A DNA stretch of 64,000 nucleotides from an uncultured archaeon (GTDB lineage: Archaea > Thermoproteota > Bathyarchaeia > Bathyarchaeales > Bathycorpusculaceae): assembly GCA_963782915.1 (NCBI GenBank), contig CAWALK010000012.1, positions 96,001 through 160,000 on the forward strand, given 5' to 3'. The notes beneath the pieces are model-generated. The model saw nothing but the letters and a program-made list of their open reading frames with translations, had not been told where the DNA came from and did not search any database. Made by a program: the position numbers and the translations under genes. Shown here one piece after another: positions 20,345-30,322 of this stretch; position 1 is the first letter of the stretch; each line of letters starts with the position of its first letter.

Positions 20345-21433
20345 TTGGATAAGCGGAGGCTTGGAAGAACAAACCTTCAAGTCTCACAGGTAGGTTTTGG
20401 CGGTACATGGATTTCTGAGTTGCAGCCGGATTTGGCGATTGCCGTTGTTCGGCTTGCTTTTGAATTGGGGATTACCTATTTTGACACTGCTCCACTGGAT
20501 GGCGATAGTGAAGTTAAAATCGGGGTAGCTTTGGAGGATGTTAGGGATGAATGTGTTTTTGCGACTAAGACTGGGTCGAGGACTAAGCGGGAGTCGCTTG
20601 TAGATGTTCAAAACAGTTTAAAACGGTTGCGAACCGACCATTTGGATATCATTCAGTTGCATGGGATCGATGACGAGAAGACTCTGGCCAAAGCTATGGG
20701 TGCTGATGGGTCATTGCAGACGTGTAAGGAAGCCCGAAAAGAAGGTTTAGCAGATTTTGTGGGTATCACTGGGCATAAACCTCGGGTTTTAGCAAAAGCC
20801 ATCCAGACAGGCGAATTTGACACAGTATTGGTTCCACTCAACCTTGTTACCCGTCAAGCCCTCGAAGAACTACTGCCTGTTGCTAAATCGCTCGATGTGG
20901 GTGTAGTTGCCATGAAACCATTGTCTGCAAAGACTTCCAACTTGATAACCTGCCTCTATCAACCATCCCTCTCGTTGGTTTCACAAGAGCCTGAACTTAA
21001 AGCGCTCCTCGGAGAAACAAGCGACGAACAAGTTACCAATGCCCTGCGATACGTACTTGGACAGGATGTAGCTGCTGTGATTCCCGGCTTGCGGGCTATT
21101 CATGAAGTGGAAGTGGCAGCTAACATCGGCGACGAATACAGAGGATTCACAGCCCAAGAGCAGCAGCGTTTCACCTTTGACTTAGGCAGCACTTATTGCC
21201 GTGATTGCGGTGAATGCAAGGGGTGCCCAGAAAACGTTAACATCGCAGCGATCCTGCGTTTTTCTTGTTTCTATGAAAGCTTTGGGCTCAAAGAATGGGC
21301 AAAAAAACTCTACAGTGGACTTGAGGTTAAAGCTGACAAATGCAGTGGGTGTAGAGAATGCGAATCCAAATGTCCCTATAAACTGCCAATCACAGAGCTG
21401 CTACAGAAATCCCAGATGAATCTTGCGCGTTAG
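20345..21433 (+). CDS. Aldo/keto reductase with C-terminal 4Fe-4S domain
   Basis: RRLGRT..VGFGG, YFDTA, SLKRLRTDHLD. Ferredoxin motifs CRDCGECKGCP and CSGCRECESKCP. Confidence 0.9.
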   Translation: MDKRRLGRTNLQVSQVGFGGTWISELQPDLAIAVVRLAFELGITYFDTAPLDGDSEVKIGVALEDVRDECVFATKTGSRTKRESLVDVQNSLKRLRTDHLDIIQLHGIDDEKTLAKAMGADGSLQTCKEARKEGLADFVGITGHKPRVLAKAIQTGEFDTVLVPLNLVTRQALEELLPVAKSLDVGVVAMKPLSAKTSNLITCLYQPSLSLVSQEPELKALLGETSDEQVTNALRYVLGQDVAAVIPGLRAIHEVEVAANIGDEYRGFTAQEQQRFTFDLGSTYCRDCGECKGCPENVNIAAILRFSCFYESFGLKEWAKKLYSGLEVKADKCSGCRECESKCPYKLPITELLQKSQMNLAR

Positions 21434-21471
21434 TTCTTACTAAAATTTAAGGCTAAAACTGTTTTGTGCCT

Positions 21472-21503
21472 TTAAATAAGGGAGGGGAGGTAGTTGCTGA
21501 GCT
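21472..21503 (+). repeat. G-box repeat unit D (degenerate), between convergent genes
   Basis: TTAAATAAGGGAGGGGAGGTAGTTGCTGAGC. Confidence 0.7.
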
Positions 21504-21518
21504 GGTCATGTGGTTTGC

Positions 21519-22640
21519 TTATTGAAGCTGCTTAGCCATCACTTTCTTAATTGTTTCGACAAGTGTTTTGTTGTCTTTGGCTGAGCGGACGGTTATGCGG
21601 ATGTAGCTGTCATCCATGCCCATAAAGGTGCAGCAGTCGCGGACTAAGATGCGTTCTTTGGCGAGTAGTTCTTTGAGCATGGTTGAGGTTAATTTGCGGT
21701 TTAAGATTTTTACGAGCAGGAAGTTGGTTGTTGATGGATAAACTTGGAAGCCTTCGATTGTGGCTAAGTCTTTGGCGAGTTCTGCTCGGTTTTTGGTGAT
21801 TGTTTCTTTTGTGCTAGCTATGAATTCGGTGTCGCTAAACGCTGCTAATGTGGTGGTGTTTACTAAGCCGTTGATGCTCCATGGTTGACGCACCGTCTCC
21901 AGCTTATCAATCAAGTTAGTCGCAGCAATAGCGTAGCCAAAGCGTAAGCCTGCTAAACCGTAGAATTTGGTAACTGACCGGATAACAAAGAGGTTCTCGT
22001 AGTCTTTGACCATGCCGGCAACGGTGTTTTTGTCACCTTCCTCTGCAAATTCGATGTAGTTTTCGTCTATGCTAAAGATGATGTCGCGTTTTTGGCAGAA
22101 CTCCACGAGGTCCATGACTTCTTCTTTGGTGTATAGTCTGCCTGAGGGGCTGTGTGGGTTGCAGATGCACATGATTTTTGTGTCATCGGTTACTGCAGCC
22201 TTGATTTTCTCGTGATCCATCGAGAAATCTGGTGGTAGCTGGACGAAAGTGACTTCTCCGCCGACTCGCAGTGACGCTTTCTCGTATTCGGAGAAGGATG
22301 GCACTGGAATTACTGCTTTGAAAACTTGAGGCAATGCCTCAGTTATCATGTAGATGAGTTCGATTGAGCCGTTGCCGAGCAGAATGTTTTCTGCTTTCAC
22401 GCCGTGACCAACGTATTTGGCTATGGCTGATTTGAATTCAACTGGGTTTGGGTCAGGATAGAATTTGATTAATCGGGCATTTTGTTTGACGGATTCCACG
22501 GCTTTCGGTGGAGGTCCCATGAAGTTGATGGGTCCGCTGAATTCAAGCACTTCTTCAAGTGGAATGCTATGTTTTCTGCTGAAACCCCAAATATCGCCAC
22601 CATGACTAACGAATCTGCGTTTTTTACATGTGCTTGACAT
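21519..22640 (-). CDS. cobD: L-threonine-O-3-phosphate decarboxylase (PLP class I/II, CobD)
   Basis: N-terminal HGG, YPDP, GNGS, CNP, RSVTKFYGLAGLRFG. Cobamide gene context. HisC cannot be fully excluded. Confidence 0.75.
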   Translation of the reverse strand: MSSTCKKRRFVSHGGDIWGFSRKHSIPLEEVLEFSGPINFMGPPPKAVESVKQNARLIKFYPDPNPVEFKSAIAKYVGHGVKAENILLGNGSIELIYMITEALPQVFKAVIPVPSFSEYEKASLRVGGEVTFVQLPPDFSMDHEKIKAAVTDDTKIMCICNPHSPSGRLYTKEEVMDLVEFCQKRDIIFSIDENYIEFAEEGDKNTVAGMVKDYENLFVIRSVTKFYGLAGLRFGYAIAATNLIDKLETVRQPWSINGLVNTTTLAAFSDTEFIASTKETITKNRAELAKDLATIEGFQVYPSTTNFLLVKILNRKLTSTMLKELLAKERILVRDCCTFMGMDDSYIRITVRSAKDNKTLVETIKKVMAKQLQ

Positions 22641-23187
22641 TTCCCTCTTCCTCCATCAACCGTGCAATTTCTTTTTCTACTTGCAAGTCAGCCTTATAGT
22701 GTGCATTATACAAGTTGACGACTTTGTATAACCAGTACACTCCGCCGACACCTAACGTCACAATTGTAATCAGTACATATGTTGTTTGCGGTATTGTTTG
22801 GGTCATGAAGACTCGCTCGGGCAGGGCAGCGGCGAGATAAGCGTCTTCCGCTTTCTCATGTGTGGCTAGGTCTTTGGTTATGAGGTAGATGATGATGAAT
22901 GCTGGGATGATTAGGATGACGCTTGCAGCCCATAATTTGGCATTGCGTTGCTTGAAAGGCTGGTTCGGTGCTGGTGGCTCTTTGCCCTTACTTCTCATAT
23001 ACTCAGCCAGTTTCCGCTCAATTTCCGCCTCTTTCTGAAGATGCCTGTTTCTACCGTCAACCAATCGGTGAAACATCGGAAAAAAAGCCAAACCAAAAGT
23101 AACGATGGCGCCAAGAAACCACATGGAAAACCATATTTTACGGTCAACAGATGCCTTGGTGTTCATTGTGGTTTGCATTAAGTTCAA
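22624..23187 (-). CDS. Membrane protein with repeated 'IVTxG' hairpins (DUF4234-like)
   Basis: Three hydrophobic segments; AIVTFGL and ITIVTLGVGGVYWLYK. Overlaps the cobD start. Confidence 0.6.
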   Translation of the reverse strand: MNLMQTTMNTKASVDRKIWFSMWFLGAIVTFGLAFFPMFHRLVDGRNRHLQKEAEIERKLAEYMRSKGKEPPAPNQPFKQRNAKLWAASVILIIPAFIIIYLITKDLATHEKAEDAYLAAALPERVFMTQTIPQTTYVLITIVTLGVGGVYWLYKVVNLYNAHYKADLQVEKEIARLMEEEGNVKHM

Positions 23188-23261
23188 ACTTTCCCGTTCA
23201 ATTGCTTACAAGGTTGGGGGAGCCAAACTTTATAAGGTCTTCCATTGGAGGTTTACATAAA

Positions 23262-23960
23262 ATGAGCCGACGTCAAATGGTGCTATCCATTATAATTCCC
23301 GTCTATAACGAGGAATTGACGATAGGCAACATTATCGACCGCACCACAGTGGCGGCGAAAAAACTTGGTTTGCCCTTTGAGATTATTGTGGTTAATGACT
23401 TATCTTATGACAAGTCCCTTGAGGTTGCTTGCCGACGCAAGGTTAGGGTGTTGAGTTTAAAGGAGCATTTGGGCAAAGGCTATGCGTTGCGGGCGGGGTT
23501 TGCTCAGGTCAGAGGCGACATAGTCGTCACGATTGACTCGGATGGGTCGCATTGGCCAGAAGAACTCAACGAAGTTTTAGCGCCCGTACTCTCAGGCAAA
23601 GCCGACATGGTCATCGGTTCACGATACATGAACCATAAACGGGTGGAAGCACGTAAACTAAACAAATTCGGCGTTCGCATATTCAACTACCTCATCCAAA
23701 TGTTCACGGGCGTCGCCATAACCGATTCCCAATCAGGCTACAGAGCCATGAAACGCGAAGTCCTATCCAAGCAAAAGCTAAAGTCAGGCGAGTACGAGAT
23801 AGAATCTGAAATGCTCGTTAAAACCGCTAAAGCTGGCTTCCGAGTAGCTGAGGTTCCCATCACATTTGAGCAACGCACCTACGGCCATTCAGGCGTAGAC
23901 CCAATGGTTGATGGCTCAAAAATTTTGCTATCGATAGTCATGGCGTACTTGAAGGCGTAA
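23262..23960 (+). CDS. GT2 glycosyltransferase (polyprenol-phosphate mannosyltransferase-like)
   Basis: SIIIPVYNEE, GKGYA, DSDG, GSR, DSQSGYRA, EVPI. Confidence 0.92.
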   Translation: MSRRQMVLSIIIPVYNEELTIGNIIDRTTVAAKKLGLPFEIIVVNDLSYDKSLEVACRRKVRVLSLKEHLGKGYALRAGFAQVRGDIVVTIDSDGSHWPEELNEVLAPVLSGKADMVIGSRYMNHKRVEARKLNKFGVRIFNYLIQMFTGVAITDSQSGYRAMKREVLSKQKLKSGEYEIESEMLVKTAKAGFRVAEVPITFEQRTYGHSGVDPMVDGSKILLSIVMAYLKA

Positions 23961-23964
23961 AGCG

Positions 23965-24954
23965 ATGGCCCTCGACGCTTGTCCCAAAGTCTCAATCATA
24001 GTAGCGTCCTATAACAGCGCTGACACCATCGGGGAATGCCTCAAATCTATTCTGGCCTTGGATTACCCAGCGGGTTACATTGAAGTTATCGTTATGGACG
24101 GCGTCAGTAAGGATGCCACAGTTAAAATCGCTGGGCAGTTCCCCATCAAAGTTGTTTCTATCCAGCTTAATGCGCCAGCCGCTTACAATTATGCCCAGAA
24201 AATCGCTGTTCACCCTATCTTAGGTTTTATCGATGCAGACGCCAAAGTGGAACGGGATTGGCTAAAGAAGCTTGTACCTCATCTCAGCGAACCCCAAGTG
24301 GCAGGCGTCAGCGGCAGCATCGAAACCTGGAACCAAGATAATCAGTGGGCTCGGAGCATCGGTTATGAACTAAAAAACCGATACCGCCGAATCGGCAAAT
24401 ACACCGGGCGCATCGCCACCATGAATTTGTTGCTAAAGAAAGCGGTGGTTGAAGAGGCGGGTGGTTGGGATGAAAAGCTGCCCAGCCAATACGACACGGA
24501 TTTTGGGTTCCGAATGGCGTCCAAAGGCTATAAAATCGCCTATGAACCATCAGCGGTTTGTTACCATTTCAATCGCCCAACTTTGAAGGCGTATTATCGC
24601 CAGCAACTGCAGTATGGCAAGAACACGCTCAAGCTGTACTTTAAGCATGGGCACTTGGCTAAGGGCGACGAGATTACCGATGTGGGTATGAATATTCAGC
24701 CCTTATTGCTGTTGACGGTTGTTGGGTTGTTTATTGTGGGCATTATTCCTTTGTTGAGGCTGCTTTGGGTCGGTTCAGCGCTGATTTTATTGGGAATGTT
24801 TGTTTACTTTGTCTATTCCGCAGCTAAAATATCCGCCAAATTCCGTGACTGGTCCGCAATGCGACTGGTCGTACTCTATTATGTGCGCTCTGCCGCATGG
24901 TTCGTCGGCGCAGTCACCACCACGTTGCGTTATCTAACAAGGAGAAACAACTGA
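23965..24954 (+). CDS. GT2 glycosyltransferase with C-terminal TM helices
   Basis: VSIIV..YN, FIDAD, GGWDE, RQQLQY; hydrophobic C-terminus. Confidence 0.9.
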   Translation: MALDACPKVSIIVASYNSADTIGECLKSILALDYPAGYIEVIVMDGVSKDATVKIAGQFPIKVVSIQLNAPAAYNYAQKIAVHPILGFIDADAKVERDWLKKLVPHLSEPQVAGVSGSIETWNQDNQWARSIGYELKNRYRRIGKYTGRIATMNLLLKKAVVEEAGGWDEKLPSQYDTDFGFRMASKGYKIAYEPSAVCYHFNRPTLKAYYRQQLQYGKNTLKLYFKHGHLAKGDEITDVGMNIQPLLLLTVVGLFIVGIIPLLRLLWVGSALILLGMFVYFVYSAAKISAKFRDWSAMRLVVLYYVRSAAWFVGAVTTTLRYLTRRNN

Positions 24955-26147
24955 TGACCAAAGTCTGCTTCGTCTCACCCGAATACTGGCCGCTAACAGG
25001 CGGCACAGGCAGCTACGTCTACTACCTCAGCAACGAACTCCTCAAAAACGGCTACAACATCCACGTTGTAACCGGCAGCAACCAAACCCAAGACATCCAC
25101 GTAAACCCCCAACTCGACGTCTCCTTCCTAAAAAGCCCCAAAATGCCCGCCGTCAAATCATTCATCCTCGCAGGCAACAGCAACCGTAAACTCCAAAGTA
25201 TCAAAAAAACCGCCAAAATAGACATCATGCATCCCCAGTTGCCGCTTACACCTAACTTTGCGGTTCCCCCCAACTACGGCAAAACGCTTGTCTGCACCGT
25301 CCACTCCACATGGAAGGGCGAAGCAGAAGCCATCAGAGGCGAACCCTTTATGCGGTTAAACGCTAATGAGAAAGTCCTCGTCAGCTTAAACCCGATGCTG
25401 CGTTTCTTTGAGGAAAGCATGATTCATCGAGCCCGAAAAGTTATAGCTGTTAGCGAATTCACCAAGTACGAACTCACAAAATACTACAAAATCCCCGCTC
25501 GCAAAATCAAGGTTATTCACAACGGCGTCGATATCCACAAATTCCAGCCCGCCGCTGACAAACGTAAAATCAAAGCAGAATTGGGCTTCAACCCTGACGA
25601 CATCGCCATAGTTTCTGTTGGGCGACTCTATGCACGCAAGGGCCTCTTTACGTTGATCGAGAGCATGCCTGCCGTCGTCAAGCGATTCCCCAACGCCAAA
25701 TTCATCATATCCGGCAAGGGGCAGAGCGACGAAATGAATAAACTTATCGCTCACGCCACAAAACTGGGCGTAATTAACAACATAGTCTTCACTGGCTATT
25801 ACCCCGACAAGAAACTGCCCAAACTCTACCAAGCTGCCGACGTATTTGCCTTCTCAACCTTCTATGAGCATCATCCCTTTGCCGTATTGGAGGCGCTCTC
25901 AACAGGGTTGCCCGTGGTGACGACCACCGTTGGGGGGATTCCAGAGACGATTGAGAGTGGCAAGAACGGATTCTTGGTCAAGCCTTTCGATGAGAAAGCC
26001 TTCGCGGACAGAATCCTCTACTTACTAGAGCACAGAGCCTTTGCATCTGAGATGGGTGCAGCCGCAAGGAAAACCGTTGTTGAGCAACTGGACTGGCGCA
26101 TAGTAGTTAAGGATGCAATGAAAGTCTACGATCAAGCTCTCAGTTAA
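24954..26147 (+). CDS. GT4 glycosyltransferase
   Basis: HNGVD, VGRLYARKG, E..PFAVLEALSTGLPVV..GGIPE. Confidence 0.92.
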   Translation: MTKVCFVSPEYWPLTGGTGSYVYYLSNELLKNGYNIHVVTGSNQTQDIHVNPQLDVSFLKSPKMPAVKSFILAGNSNRKLQSIKKTAKIDIMHPQLPLTPNFAVPPNYGKTLVCTVHSTWKGEAEAIRGEPFMRLNANEKVLVSLNPMLRFFEESMIHRARKVIAVSEFTKYELTKYYKIPARKIKVIHNGVDIHKFQPAADKRKIKAELGFNPDDIAIVSVGRLYARKGLFTLIESMPAVVKRFPNAKFIISGKGQSDEMNKLIAHATKLGVINNIVFTGYYPDKKLPKLYQAADVFAFSTFYEHHPFAVLEALSTGLPVVTTTVGGIPETIESGKNGFLVKPFDEKAFADRILYLLEHRAFASEMGAAARKTVVEQLDWRIVVKDAMKVYDQALS

Positions 26148-26202
26148 CCAACGATACTCACCTGTTTGTCAATCTTTAAAAGAGAAACCACCTACCTTTA
26201 CT

Positions 26203-26505
26203 TTGATTAAAATGCAGACCATAGAGAAGCTAAAAGCGACTTTGGCTTCACATAAAGAGGAACTAGAAAATAACTATAAAGTAAAAGAAATTGGAATCTT
26301 CGGTTCCTACGTCAGACATGAACAGAACAAAAACAGCGACGTAGACGTTTTAGTTACCTTTACTGAAACACCCGACCTCTTCCAGTTTGTAGAACTTGAA
26401 AATTACTTAAGTGACCTTTTAGGGGTTAAAGTTGACCTCGTCATGAAGGAAGGAATTAAACCTCGCCTCAAAGAGAGGATTCTTAGCGAGGCAGTCTACG
26501 TTTGA
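26203..26505 (+). CDS. Minimal nucleotidyltransferase (MNT/MntA) antitoxin
   Basis: FGSYVRHEQNKNSDVD (GS-x10-DxD) and VDLV. Confidence 0.9.
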   Translation: MIKMQTIEKLKATLASHKEELENNYKVKEIGIFGSYVRHEQNKNSDVDVLVTFTETPDLFQFVELENYLSDLLGVKVDLVMKEGIKPRLKERILSEAVYV

Positions 26506-26843
26506 GGGACTTCCAAGTCTACATAGAAGACATAATCGACGCCATCGACAGTATCGAAACCTACACTAAAGACTTAACCTACACTGACTTTGTCAGCGAT
26601 AAAAAAACCGTTGATGCGGTAATTAGGAATTTTGAGATCATCGGTGAAGCAACAAAGCAATTACCGCTGTCAGCAAGGCAAGGGTGCCCTAATGTACCTT
26701 GGAGAGAGATGGCGGGGATGCGCGACAAATTAATCCATGGATACTTTGGCGTTCAACTAGATGTTGTTTGGAAAACCATTAAAGAGCGCCTGCCTACAGT
26801 GCGACTTTTGATGGTTGAAGTTTTGGCAAAAATGAAAGAGTAG
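26502..26843 (+). CDS. HEPN/DUF86 (HepT-like) RNase toxin
   Basis: IIGEA and MRDKLIHGY (R-x4-H). Overlaps the MNT stop. Confidence 0.9.
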   Translation: MRDFQVYIEDIIDAIDSIETYTKDLTYTDFVSDKKTVDAVIRNFEIIGEATKQLPLSARQGCPNVPWREMAGMRDKLIHGYFGVQLDVVWKTIKERLPTVRLLMVEVLAKMKE

Positions 26844-26850
26844 CAAATCT

Positions 26851-27804
26851 CTAAGCTATCTGCGTTGGTTCTTTTCGGTAGGTTTGAGTTACCCTCTGGA
26901 ACAGGTGCACGATGTCAAGCGAGCAGAAGAAGAATTTTGTCAGGTATTCGTGTTGGTAGATCATCATTTGGGCTTTTACGGGTAGGTCGATTCTGGGTGG
27001 TTCAAAGCGGTGCTCGACTTCTTTGACGGGTAAGCCTTCGACTTGGATTGCGTCGCCTTCGAATCCGGTTTTGTCTGCGATATATTTGAGGTAAGTCTGT
27101 TTCCAATCCAGCATCATTACTTTGGCGGCGGTGATGTCTACTGCAAGGGCGTCGTTGCCTGTTAGGAACAGGTCCATTTTGACGGGTTTGCCCTTTGTGG
27201 GTCCGTTGCCTTCGATGCCTATGCGTGCATCCATGATTGTGAGCGCCGGTTTGAAAAGAGTGTATAAGCGGTAGAAGACTTCTGGCAGGTAAGGATGTAG
27301 GTAGATGCGTCGGTTGCTGGGTATGCATCCGAACAAGTTTTTGATGGCGCCGCTGTAAGCCATGAATTCATGCGTCTTCATCAAAGGCAGGTCGACGACG
27401 GCGTCGGCGTCTATGATGGTTTTGGGTAGGTATAGCCGTTTTAGTGGCGAATTGGTTTGGAATTTGACTTCGACCACTTTGTCTTCAGAGAGGTTGATGA
27501 CTTCTCCGCCTGCCGCTTTAACAGCATCCTGAACGCCAGTTTTCTCAAACGCTGTCCAGCAGGGATAGTTAAAACCGTTAGATTCGCCCACGACGACTTC
27601 GCTGTTGCCATCGCGGAGTAACTCGACGACTTGGCGCATGACTTCGGGACAGGTAACTACACCCGGTAAGTATTCGGGATGGCTGAGGTTGGGTTTAATG
27701 TAAATCCGCTTTTTCCCACGAAGCCCCGCTTTAGCAACCGCCTCTTTAATGATGCCGCTAATGTCCTCTTCGGCACGATAAATCTTAACCGCATTAGCTG
27801 CCAT
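26851..27804 (-). CDS. DUF362-family protein
   Basis: IKPN, VVGES, KTH..SGAIKNLFG, D...GIEGNGP, AVD. Confidence 0.85.
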   Translation of the reverse strand: MAANAVKIYRAEEDISGIIKEAVAKAGLRGKKRIYIKPNLSHPEYLPGVVTCPEVMRQVVELLRDGNSEVVVGESNGFNYPCWTAFEKTGVQDAVKAAGGEVINLSEDKVVEVKFQTNSPLKRLYLPKTIIDADAVVDLPLMKTHEFMAYSGAIKNLFGCIPSNRRIYLHPYLPEVFYRLYTLFKPALTIMDARIGIEGNGPTKGKPVKMDLFLTGNDALAVDITAAKVMMLDWKQTYLKYIADKTGFEGDAIQVEGLPVKEVEHRFEPPRIDLPVKAQMMIYQHEYLTKFFFCSLDIVHLFQRVTQTYRKEPTQIA

Positions 27805-29236
27805 TGGCGATTTTCACTCCATTAAGACAGCCGGGATCACCGTTTAAGGTGTCACCGTTATGGTAAGCAGCAGAGCGTGCTCGGCATCCGCCGCAAATGA
27901 ACTTGTAATCGCATTTACTGCAGGAGCCTTTGAGGTTGGCTCGGTTGCGGAAAGCATTGAAAAGTGGCGCATTAAGCCAGATGTCTTTGAATGTACGTTC
28001 TTTGAGGCTGCCCACATTTTCGGGTAAGAAAACGCAGGGGCGAACGTCGCCTTGTGGTGAAATTGCGCAGTAGAGTCTGCCTGCTCCGCATCCGCCGATG
28101 AATTCGCCTAGTGGGACGGCTTTTTTGGTGACTTTGACTGTTTGCATGTGGGCTAATGCCATGGTGACTTCGCCGGTACCTGAATCACCCTGACATTGAG
28201 CTGCTACACGCGCCAATTGGGGTGCCGTGGCGAGGATGGTGGTTTTGCACCCCGACGACATACGGTTAAGGAGGTACCTCATGACTTCCTCTCGTTCCTG
28301 TGGTGAGAGGTCTTGGTCCGCGTGGGCTTTGCCGCGTCCAGCGGGGATGAAGTTGAAGTAGGTGAAGCGTTCAACGTGGAGCTGCTCAGCCAAATCGATG
28401 ATTGCCGGGAGTTCCGCCATGTTGTTTTTGCCCACGGTGGTGGCTATGCAGGCGCATATGTCTGCGTCAATGCAGTTTTTCAGCCCTGCCACAGCTTTGT
28501 CATATGCTCCGGGAACGCCTCGGAACTCATCATGGGTTTTAGCTGTTGCCCCATCGATGCTGATGTCAACATAGTTAACGCCTGATTCTTTGAGTTTAAC
28601 TGCGTTTTCTTTGGTTAGTAGGGTGCCGTTTGAGGCTAGTGAAATGTAGAGACCTTTGTCTGAGGCATACCGTGCGACTTGGAAGAAGTCCTTTCGGGTA
28701 ATGGGTTCGCCTCCGCTAAACGCCAACGCCGTAACGTGAGCCTCCGCTAGTTGGTCAACGACTGCTAACGCTTGTTCGGTGGTTAACTCGTCGGCATCTG
28801 GTTCGCCGCTGTTGGAGTAGCAGTGTTTGCAGCGGAGATTGCATTTGTGTGTGAAATCCCAAACTATAAGAAACGGCGCTACAAGTGACATGGGTTTTTT
28901 GATGCCATAATGCTCGAAAGATTCAACTAAGTTGAGGACCGCATTGCGTGCATATCGGTCTGTAAGTAGCTTCTCGACTTTTGCCCGCTTGAAACCCAAC
29001 GCTCGCCGTAGGAACTCGATCCAGAAGGCGATGATCTGCGAGTACAAACCGCTGCATTTATCGCAGTGCCGATCGGTTTTGCCGCCATAGTCATCCAACG
29101 CAGCCTCCAACACAGTTCGGCCGCAAGCAGGACACTTTTTGAGGGAAAGCTGGAGCATCTTTTTGGTCATTGGCATAGAGACGATGCTGTTCCAGAATGT
29201 ATCGTAGCTGAGGATGCTCATTGCGGGTTTCTCCAA
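27794..29236 (-). CDS. Radical SAM/SPASM protein with ~120-aa N-terminal extension (candidate GMGT-synthase-like)
   Basis: APFLIVWDFTHKCNLRCKHC, SGGEP, GGCGAGRLYC..PCVF, CSKCDYKFICGGCRAR. N-terminal CPAC and CDKC. The Gms assignment rests on recall only. Confidence 0.85.
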   Translation of the reverse strand: MEKPAMSILSYDTFWNSIVSMPMTKKMLQLSLKKCPACGRTVLEAALDDYGGKTDRHCDKCSGLYSQIIAFWIEFLRRALGFKRAKVEKLLTDRYARNAVLNLVESFEHYGIKKPMSLVAPFLIVWDFTHKCNLRCKHCYSNSGEPDADELTTEQALAVVDQLAEAHVTALAFSGGEPITRKDFFQVARYASDKGLYISLASNGTLLTKENAVKLKESGVNYVDISIDGATAKTHDEFRGVPGAYDKAVAGLKNCIDADICACIATTVGKNNMAELPAIIDLAEQLHVERFTYFNFIPAGRGKAHADQDLSPQEREEVMRYLLNRMSSGCKTTILATAPQLARVAAQCQGDSGTGEVTMALAHMQTVKVTKKAVPLGEFIGGCGAGRLYCAISPQGDVRPCVFLPENVGSLKERTFKDIWLNAPLFNAFRNRANLKGSCSKCDYKFICGGCRARSAAYHNGDTLNGDPGCLNGVKIANGS

Positions 29237-29332
29237 GCGGTCTGATACCTAAATGGAGATGTGCCCGATGTAAAGATTTCTCTAAACGCTTGGAGTCTGC
29301 TTGATGTTTTGAAAAGTGCTGGCTTGATATTT

Positions 29333-29764
29333 TTAGCCTATTCCAAGCTGCCTCATCATACCTACAGCATCGTAGAATAATCGTTCTTCTTGGATTTCGC
29401 CGCCTTTCCAATGCGCTACCGTGCAGAACTCTAACTTAGCAGTTTTATGTGTCGGTTGGATGGTTTGACCATTGGGCATCTTCATAGGTCCAATCATTGT
29501 TGCGGTCCAATCCGCCACCGAACAGGTGTAGTCGCCTTGCCCAAACAAGATTTTGTAGGGGTTGTTGACGAGTTTGTTGTCGAAGGTTTTGAAGAATTCG
29601 ACTGATTCTTTAAAATGGGCTTCGCGGCCTCTGGTGGGTTCCGGTTGTCCGGGCCAGTAGACGGCGACGTTTTCTGCATGGCGTTTCTTGAAGGTATCCC
29701 ATTCTTGGTCGTTCCATGAGTCGTCAAGAGTTTTCATTAATTCGAGGTTTGGATTTGTGCTCAT
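29333..29764 (-). CDS. SnoaL-like / NTF2 ester-cyclase family protein
   Basis: DDSWN..W, PTRGREAH, PTHK..EFCTVAHWKGGEIQEERLFYD. Confidence 0.85.
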   Translation of the reverse strand: MSTNPNLELMKTLDDSWNDQEWDTFKKRHAENVAVYWPGQPEPTRGREAHFKESVEFFKTFDNKLVNNPYKILFGQGDYTCSVADWTATMIGPMKMPNGQTIQPTHKTAKLEFCTVAHWKGGEIQEERLFYDAVGMMRQLGIG

Positions 29765-29888
29765 AAAAATCACTGGCAAAGCTGAGACTGGGGAAGCTAT
29801 AAAAAAGTATGCTGGTATCCAGTTGCAGATACGATTTTACGATGGCAGTCTTGAATATTGGATTGGCGTTTTGTTGGTTGTCTTGTTT

Positions 29889-29938
29889 TTCTACAGTATG
29901 TTGTTGCTGAAAACCGCCTATACACAACAACAACCAGC
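29889..29938. repeat. Hairpin element copy 1 (GTTGTTG..CAACAAC)
   Basis: TTCTACAGTATGTTGTTGCTGAAAACCGCCTATACACAACAACAACCAGC. Similar to 48297-48345 and, inverted, 62119-62165. Confidence 0.8.
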
Positions 29939-30220
29939 AGACGTTGCAGGCGTTTGCGTTTTAGCTTCAGCCTCTGGGTTGGGTTGCGGGTTGTTGAGGC
30001 GTTTTCTAGAAGCAGGGCAGGCGGAAATTTTTAATCTACTGATAGAGCGGGCTGTAAGCGGTTGAGAGGTAGCGTGTCCCAAGGTAGCCTGAAGTTGAAA
30101 ACCAAACCGCTGCAAACGTGCAATAAGAATAAGCTACACTTAACAAGCGTTGTTTATTCACGGCAAATACTCAATGAATGCAAACAGCCCCAACAACGCT
30201 AAGACCACAAGCGTCTATCC

Positions 30221-30258
30221 TATAAATAAGGGAGGGGGTACCTCGGCAGAGCAGCAAA
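30221..30258 (+). repeat. G-box repeat unit E
   Basis: TATAAATAAGGGAGGGGGTACCTCGGCAGAGCAGCAAA. Confidence 0.85.
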
Positions 30259-30322
30259 GAGCCACTTCAACATATGCACAGACTACCGTAAACCCATAAG
30301 CGCTTCTGGTTAGCAAATGCCT

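Noticed and set aside
26203-26843. MNT-HEPN pair (and VapBC at 49759..50366) as a novel defence system or mobile-element marker
   Set aside because: These are common archaeal toxin-antitoxin modules, with no integrase, transposase or att repeats seen nearby.
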